From an uncultured Solirubrobacterales bacterium (GTDB lineage Bacteria > Actinomycetota > Thermoleophilia > Solirubrobacterales > Solirubrobacteraceae): 64,000 nt of DNA. The DNA is taken from positions 129,926-193,925 of the forward strand of contig CAVSUS010000004.1 in NCBI GenBank assembly GCA_963731355.1, in the 5' to 3' direction. A program made the position numbers and the translations under genes. The notes under the pieces are model-generated. The model did no database searches. It was not told the origin of the DNA and saw only the letters and a list, made by a program, of their open reading frames with translations. Positions 58,137 to 64,000 of this stretch are shown piece after piece (positions within the stretch are counted from its first letter, which is position 1; each line of letters begins with the position of its first letter).

Positions 58137-59194
58137 CACTCCGCTCCCCAGCGAAAGCCGACCTCGCTCGGCGCCGGCGGGAGCGGGCTCGCCGGCAGCC
58201 CAGGTGGCGGGTCGCTCGAGTGAAAGCCCACCGGGGAGAGGTCGTTGGGGGTATCGGGATGGAAGAGCGACGCCAGGTACTGCGCCTGGCCGCGTCCGGG
58301 ACCGAGCTCGAACTGCCCGCCCCCGTACGCCCCGATGCCGCGCTCGGCGCAGTAGTCGTACGCCGCGCACAGTTTCGCCAGGCCGCCGATCCGGGAGGGT
58401 TTGATGTTGACCATGCGCGGTGGGAAAGGTAGCGATTCGATGTCGTCGATCGAGTGGATCGCGGCGTCCCACGTGATCCGATCGTGATACGGCTCGATCA
58501 CCGCGGCCGTCTCCGTGGTGACGACGTCGGGGTCCTCGATCCAGGCTCTCGGGAAGGCCTCGACGACCCGGCGGTACAGGGCCGGATCGGGTGGCTGATC
58601 GACGACCGTGCCGCGGTACAGGCTCTTGAAGTCGACTGAGTCGACCGCACCTGTGTCCACTAGCGCGGCGATCAGCTCCGGCGTCCAGGAGCTGGTCGGG
58701 TCGAGCTTGAAGCGAAGCGTGGGGTAGCGGGCCAGGCGGCTCGTCACCGGCTCGAGGGTCGGCGGCTCCCCCAACCGCAGCGAGACGACGAACGTCACCG
58801 GCCTCGGTTCGCGGCCAAGCGCCGCGTGCAGCGGCCGGCCGGCCTGCGCGAGCGCGAGGTCGAGCGCCGCGCTGTGGAATGTCCAGCGGCGGTAGAGCCG
58901 CGAGACCTCGCGCTGTGGAGCCACTGAGAACAGGTCGAGCGAGTCGATTAACGCGCAGAACTCGCCTAGCGCGTACCGGCCCGCGAGCGGCTGCACCGGG
59001 CCCGCCTCCTGGAGGGCGACGTGGTCTTCGGCGTCGTAGACCACGTCTTCGCCGATTCCTTCGAGTCCGCCTCCCTGAAGGTGCACCACCGTGGTGAGCC
59101 GGGAGAACCCGCTCGACACCTGGGCGCTCAGCCCTTCCAGGACGTAGCCGTCGACCTCGAGCGGAAGGTCGGCGAGGAGATCGAACGTGGCCAC
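58136..59194 (-). CDS. Enolase-superfamily-like protein
   Basis: GIGE, ALDLA, FKLD, WIEDP, NIKPSRIGG. Confidence 0.72.
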   Translation of the reverse strand: MATFDLLADLPLEVDGYVLEGLSAQVSSGFSRLTTVVHLQGGGLEGIGEDVVYDAEDHVALQEAGPVQPLAGRYALGEFCALIDSLDLFSVAPQREVSRLYRRWTFHSAALDLALAQAGRPLHAALGREPRPVTFVVSLRLGEPPTLEPVTSRLARYPTLRFKLDPTSSWTPELIAALVDTGAVDSVDFKSLYRGTVVDQPPDPALYRRVVEAFPRAWIEDPDVVTTETAAVIEPYHDRITWDAAIHSIDDIESLPFPPRMVNIKPSRIGGLAKLCAAYDYCAERGIGAYGGGQFELGPGRGQAQYLASLFHPDTPNDLSPVGFHSSDPPPGLPASPLPPAPSEVGFRWGAE

Positions 59195-59472
59195 TAACGG
59201 TTTCCCTCGCGGCTGCCCGGCTCGGTCTGTGCGCGCACCCCGACTTCGCTCGCGGTGCGCCCGGCCTCGAGCCGCGCCACGAGCTCCTCGAGCTTCAGTT
59301 CCTCGAGCCCCTGGCTCACCGCCTCGAGCTCTCCGGCGCAGTACTCCACGAGGTCCCGCCCCTCCCTCACGAGCTCGAGCGTCTCGCGCAGCCCCGCCTC
59401 ACCCGAGTCCAGGCGGCGAATGATCTCCTCGACCCTCGCGACCGCGGCCTCGTAGGAGCGCTCGTCAGGCAT
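59194..59472 (-). CDS. xseB: Exodeoxyribonuclease VII small subunit
   Basis: SYEAAVARVEEIIRRLDSGE; adjacent to xseA. Confidence 0.9.
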   Translation of the reverse strand: MPDERSYEAAVARVEEIIRRLDSGEAGLRETLELVREGRDLVEYCAGELEAVSQGLEELKLEELVARLEAGRTASEVGVRAQTEPGSREGNR

Positions 59473-60778
59473 TGCTGCTCCGCACCTCGGCGTCGAGCGC
59501 GCCGTCGTGGAAACGAACCCGAAGATCGCCGGCGGCTCTGGCCGCGGCGGCCGACGGGAGCGGCACGCCGGCGCGATCTTCTACGAGCGCGTAGCCGCGA
59601 GCCAGCGTCCGCTCGGGATCGTGGCCGGCGAGCGCCAGCGACAGCCTCTCCAGCTCGCGCGCCCGCTTGGCGGCCTCGGGGCCGCGCGTCCGCGCGGCCA
59701 CGCGTCCGAGCACGAGCAGGTGCACGCCCGCCAACGACCGCCCCTCCTCGCCCGCCCGGCGAGCGCTGGCGCGCAGCTCGCGAACCAGCTGATGCAGGTG
59801 GCGGCGGTTGCGCGCGACGTGCTGCCGGGGCGCCCGCGAGAGGTGGCCGAGCGCCCGCGCCCGGTCCAGGATGGCGCGCGGACCGTGTGCATCCAGACGC
59901 CGCGCGGCCGCGAGCAGATCCGAGCGGGCGGCGCGGCAGTCGATCCGGACCGCCGCTTCGGCGGCATGGGTCGGCGTTGAGCACGTGACCGCGGCGACGT
60001 CGTCGATCAGCGTGCGGTCGGTGTGATGTCCGACCGAGGAGATCACCGGGACTCGGAGCAGCGCGATCGTCCGGCACAGCCCCTCGTCGCAGAACGCGAA
60101 CAGATCCGCCAGGGAGCCGCCGCCGCGCGCGACGATCACGACCTGGACCTCATCGATAGCCGCCAGCTCGCGCAGCGCGGTCGCGATCGCCGGCGCCGCG
60201 TGCCGGTCCTGGACCGGGGCGAACGCCCACACCAGCCGCCCCGCCCAGGCCCGGCGCCGCAACCCCGCGAGCACGTCGTCACGGGCCTTTCCGCGCTCCC
60301 CCGTCACCACGGCGATCGTGTGGGGCAGCAGCGGGCGCTCCAGGCGCTTCTGCGGTTCGAACAGCCCGTCGGCGGCCAGCCGGCGACGGAGACGCTCGAG
60401 CTGGACGAGCAGGTCGCCTTCACCCTCGACCCGCAGCTCATTCACCGCAAACGTGAACGACGGAGAGGACGTGGAGCTTCCCGGGTAGTAGTCACATCCT
60501 CCGGCGACGACGACTCGCAGGCCGTCGACGAGTGCTATTCCGAGCGCGTCGAAGTCCGTGCGCCACATGGAGCACGGCAGCGCGCCGCGCCCGTCGCGCA
60601 GCTCGAAGTACACCCGGACGGCGCTTGAGCGGAAGCCCCACACCTCGCCGACCAGCTGGACGCGCGCGAACTCCAGAAGACGGCGCTTGAGCTGCGCCGC
60701 GTAGGCGCCGACCGGATACGGGCCGGGGAGCTCGTCATCGCGAATGCTGTCGCTCGTGACTGATTCAGGCAGGGCCAT
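59465..60778 (-). CDS. xseA: Exodeoxyribonuclease VII large subunit
   Basis: YFELRD, ARGGGS, SSVGH, TPTHAAE, LARGY. Confidence 0.94.
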   Translation of the reverse strand: MALPESVTSDSIRDDELPGPYPVGAYAAQLKRRLLEFARVQLVGEVWGFRSSAVRVYFELRDGRGALPCSMWRTDFDALGIALVDGLRVVVAGGCDYYPGSSTSSPSFTFAVNELRVEGEGDLLVQLERLRRRLAADGLFEPQKRLERPLLPHTIAVVTGERGKARDDVLAGLRRRAWAGRLVWAFAPVQDRHAAPAIATALRELAAIDEVQVVIVARGGGSLADLFAFCDEGLCRTIALLRVPVISSVGHHTDRTLIDDVAAVTCSTPTHAAEAAVRIDCRAARSDLLAAARRLDAHGPRAILDRARALGHLSRAPRQHVARNRRHLHQLVRELRASARRAGEEGRSLAGVHLLVLGRVAARTRGPEAAKRARELERLSLALAGHDPERTLARGYALVEDRAGVPLPSAAAARAAGDLRVRFHDGALDAEVRSSNA

Positions 60779-60864
60779 GCTCTACACCCGAGGCTAGCGG
60801 TCGCATTACCCGGAACCCGTCGCCGGCGCCGCGCGCACCGGAATCCCTTTAGCATCTCCCGCCC

Positions 60865-62019
60865 GTGGACCTGACCCTGTCTCCAGCCGAAGAAGCCTTC
60901 CGGGACGAGCTGCGAAGCTGGCTGCAGGAGCACCACCCTGGTCGGGAGCCCGCCGGCGACGAGGCGTCGTTTCAGTTCAGGCGCAGATGGCAACGCGAGC
61001 TCCACGAGGCCGGGTGGGCCGGCGTGGCCTGGCCCAAGGAGTACGGAGGCCGCGGCGCGACGCTCGTCGAGCAGGCGATCTTCAACGAGGAGACCGTGCG
61101 CGCGCGGGCGCCGCAGGCCGTGAACGTCCTCGGTCTGGCCATGGGCGGACCGACGGTGATCGTGCACGGGACGGAAGAGCAGAAGCGGCGCTACCTGCCG
61201 CCGATCCTGTCCGCCGAGGAGATCTGGTGCCAGGGCTTTTCCGAGCCCGACTCGGGCTCGGACCTGGCCTCGGTGAAGACGCGCGCGATCCGCAACGGCG
61301 GCGAGTGGGTGGTCACCGGGCAGAAGGTGTGGACCACGTTCGCACACCACGCGAAGTGGTGCATGCTCGTCGCCCGCACCGATCCCGAGGTGCCCAAGCA
61401 CAAGGGGCTGACTTACTTCCTGATGGACATGGAGCAGGACGCCGTCCAGGTCCGGCCGCTCCGCCAGATCACGGGCGAGTCCGAATTCAACGAGCTGTTC
61501 ATCGAAGAGGCGCGGATCCCGGCCGGGAACATCGTGGGGGGAGAGGGCAACGGGTGGGCGGTGGCGATCACCACGCTGATGCACGAGCGCGCGACGCTCG
61601 CCTTCGGGCTCCAGGTCGCGGTCCAGATCGCGCTGGGGGAGCTGATCGAGCGGGCTCGCAACACCCGCGCCGAGAACGGCAGGGTGGCCACCGAGGATCC
61701 GGTGGTTCGCCAGCGCCTCGCCCAGCTGCTGATCGAGTCAGAGGCGATGCGGCTGAACGCCTACCGCGGCCTGAGCGCGACGATCCGCACCGGGGTTCCG
61801 GGGCCGGAGGGATCGCTCGGCAAGTGGCACTGGTCGGAGGTCAACCAGGCGCTGACCGAGCTGGCGATGGGGATCGCGGGGCCGCACGCGATGCTCGCCG
61901 AAGACGAGTGGACGTACCGGTTCCTCCGCGCCCGCGCGAACTCGATCGAGGGGGGCACCACCGAGATCCTCAAGAACATCGTCGCCGAGCGGGTGCTCGG
62001 CCTGCCTCGGATGCGCTAG
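60865..62019 (+). CDS. Acyl-CoA dehydrogenase
   Basis: WCQGFSEPDSGSDLA, GQKVWT, IEGGTTEI. Confidence 0.94.
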   Translation: MDLTLSPAEEAFRDELRSWLQEHHPGREPAGDEASFQFRRRWQRELHEAGWAGVAWPKEYGGRGATLVEQAIFNEETVRARAPQAVNVLGLAMGGPTVIVHGTEEQKRRYLPPILSAEEIWCQGFSEPDSGSDLASVKTRAIRNGGEWVVTGQKVWTTFAHHAKWCMLVARTDPEVPKHKGLTYFLMDMEQDAVQVRPLRQITGESEFNELFIEEARIPAGNIVGGEGNGWAVAITTLMHERATLAFGLQVAVQIALGELIERARNTRAENGRVATEDPVVRQRLAQLLIESEAMRLNAYRGLSATIRTGVPGPEGSLGKWHWSEVNQALTELAMGIAGPHAMLAEDEWTYRFLRARANSIEGGTTEILKNIVAERVLGLPRMR

Positions 62020-62041
62020 GTAGGCACTCAGCCGAACGAGC

Positions 62042-63121
62042 ATGAACTTCGAGTTCACCGACGACCAGCGCGCGATCAAGCGCACGGCGCACGAGTTCCT
62101 CGAGGCGCGTTACCGACCCGAGACCATCCGTGAGCTGGCCGAGGACGACCGCGGCTTCACCGACGAGCAGTGGCGCGAGCTGACCGAACTAGGCTGGCCC
62201 GGCGTGATCGTCCCCGAGGAGCATGGGGGCCTCGCCCTGGGGGCGGTGGAGCTCGTGGTGATCGCGGAGGAGATGGGCTACGCGCTCGCGCCGAGCCCCT
62301 TCTTTTCGAGCGTCTGTGCCGCGTTGCTCATCGTCGCCGCCGGAACCGATGCCCAGCGGGAGCGCTGGTTGGTACCCGTCGCGAGCGGCGAGGCCCGCGG
62401 CACCGTGGCGGTTTGGGACGAGCACGCCGGATGGGCGCCGGATCGCTCCGAGGTGGAGGCGGGCGGGGGTACGGTGTCGGCGAAGAAGATCGCCGTGCCC
62501 GACGCCGCGAGCGCGGACTTCGTGATCGTCTCCGGGGCCGACGGCAGACACTTCCTCCTCGACCCGCGTGGCCGGGGGGTCAGCGTGCGCGCGGAGAACG
62601 CGCTCGACCCCACGCGCAAGCTGTTCACGCTCGAGCTCGACGGGGCGCCGGCCGAACCGCTCGCCCGCGCTCCGGACGCCGTCTCGCGCGCCTACGCCAC
62701 GATCGTCACCGCCCTGGCGGCGGAGAACGTGGGCGTCGCCCAGCGGGCCATGGAGATGGCGGTGGCGTTCGCCAAGGACCGCAAGCAGTTCGACCGGCCG
62801 ATCGGGTCCTACCAGGCCGTCTCGCACCGGTGCGCGCAGATGTTGCTGGAGGTGGAGAGCGCGCGCTCGCTCGCCTACGGGGCGGCGTGGGCGATCGACC
62901 ACGAGCCGCACACCGCGGCCCGAGCGGCTTCGATGGCGAAGGCGTTCGCGGGCGACGCCGGCTTCCGCGTCGCCGCCTCGGCACTGCAGGTCCACGGCGG
63001 GATCGGCTTCACGTGGGAGCACGATCTGCACTTCTTCCTCAAGCGCGCGACGGCCAACGCGCACGCGTTCGGGGACTCTCGCTGGCACCGGGAGCGGGTG
63101 GCGGAGCTCGCCGGAGTTTGA
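62042..63121 (+). CDS. Acyl-CoA dehydrogenase, short partner subunit
   Basis: RKQFDRPIGSYQAV, QVHGGIGFTWE. Confidence 0.92.
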   Translation: MNFEFTDDQRAIKRTAHEFLEARYRPETIRELAEDDRGFTDEQWRELTELGWPGVIVPEEHGGLALGAVELVVIAEEMGYALAPSPFFSSVCAALLIVAAGTDAQRERWLVPVASGEARGTVAVWDEHAGWAPDRSEVEAGGGTVSAKKIAVPDAASADFVIVSGADGRHFLLDPRGRGVSVRAENALDPTRKLFTLELDGAPAEPLARAPDAVSRAYATIVTALAAENVGVAQRAMEMAVAFAKDRKQFDRPIGSYQAVSHRCAQMLLEVESARSLAYGAAWAIDHEPHTAARAASMAKAFAGDAGFRVAASALQVHGGIGFTWEHDLHFFLKRATANAHAFGDSRWHRERVAELAGV

Positions 63122-63183
63122 AGCCGGTTCATGCGGTCGGGGCGCGCGAGCGCGCGCGCCCCGACCGGAAGGCGTGTTACGGC

Positions 63184-63834
63184 TTATCGCGGGACCCTGA
63201 GGTCCGGGTCGGGCTCACCCGGCGTCGTCACCTTCCGGTGGGCGGCGTCCGCCTCCAGCACGGCGGGATCGGCGGCCTCGAGCCACCGCCGCGAGAAGTA
63301 CCCGGAGAAGAACGGCCAGGAGGCGAACATCAGGACGATGCCGAGGATCAGGCCGCCGATGCCCACGAGGATCGGCGTCTGAATACCGAGCAACGCCTTC
63401 GAGTAGTTGTTGCCGGCCGTGTTGTAGTAGCTGAACGCCTTGACCCCGACGTAGCCCATCATCAGGCCGCCGACCAGAGGGACCACTCCCGCGAGGAAAA
63501 AGTTGCGGGCGCTCTTGAACAGGTCGCGGCGGAAGTAGACCGGGCAGGCCAGCCCCGTGAAGCCGTCGTAGAAGCAGATCGCGACGCCGAGCGCCGAGAT
63601 CGTGTCGCCGAGCACGTTCTGGCTCGGGTTGAACGCGAGCAGTGCGATGGTCCAGATGATCGAGAGGCCGCCCATGAGAAGCGTGGAGAAGGTCGGCGTG
63701 AAGAAGCGGGGATGGACGCGGCCGAACGCCGACGGGATCGCTTTCCACCGGGCCATCGACAGCGTCGTGCGGGCGGTCGGCAGGATCGTGGTCTGGGTCG
63801 ACGCCGAGGCCGAGGTGAGGACGGTGATGATCCT
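63184..63834 (-). pseudogene. 3' part of an APC amino-acid permease, 5'-truncated
   Basis: IITVLTSASASTQTTILPTARTTLSMAR...VHPRFFTP; in-frame TGA immediately upstream at 63835-63837. Confidence 0.8.
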
Positions 63835-64000
63835 TCATTCGGAGCTGGCGACGTTCGGCGAGAGCTTCGGTTGCACGTCGGCCAGCTTCCGCCTCTCGCT
63901 CGCGCCCGCGCTGCTCGAGCGCCTGAAGGAGCTCGCCGGCGCCCCCGAGCAGGACGTCAAAAGCGCCGCTCGCGAGGCGGCCACGCCGTCGAACGAGACC

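Overview
High-GC actinobacterial DNA; gene content suggests Thermoleophilia/Solirubrobacterales, which is my inference and not a database result. A minus-strand tRNA-Thr(TGT) at 46683-46755 splits the window in two. Left of it is a ~45 kb accessory island, closed at 1267-1301 by a degenerate direct copy of the tRNA 3' end, with no integrase visible. The island is rich in regulators (two large ATPase-LuxR proteins, three NarL-type kinases, three response regulators, TetR, XRE), ABC/MFS exporters, oxygenases, unannotated small proteins and broken genes. Right of the tRNA is an apparently intact housekeeping block: NDP-sugar reductase, PlsC-GpsA fusion, ECF sigma, rhomboid, CNNM, fatty-acid genes, xseAB and an acyl-CoA dehydrogenase pair. 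It ends in an abruptly truncated APC permease. The most notable signals are: a shared promoter architecture (box ending GA[T/C]G, exactly 20 nt, then a -10 hexamer) at five sites near the ATPase-LuxR genes; the att-like repeat; a small-protein/DEAD-box helicase cluster with similar structured leaders; two candidate convergent sRNAs at ~54.7-54.9 kb; and a P450 lacking the I-helix acid-alcohol pair. No CRISPR array or rRNA was seen.
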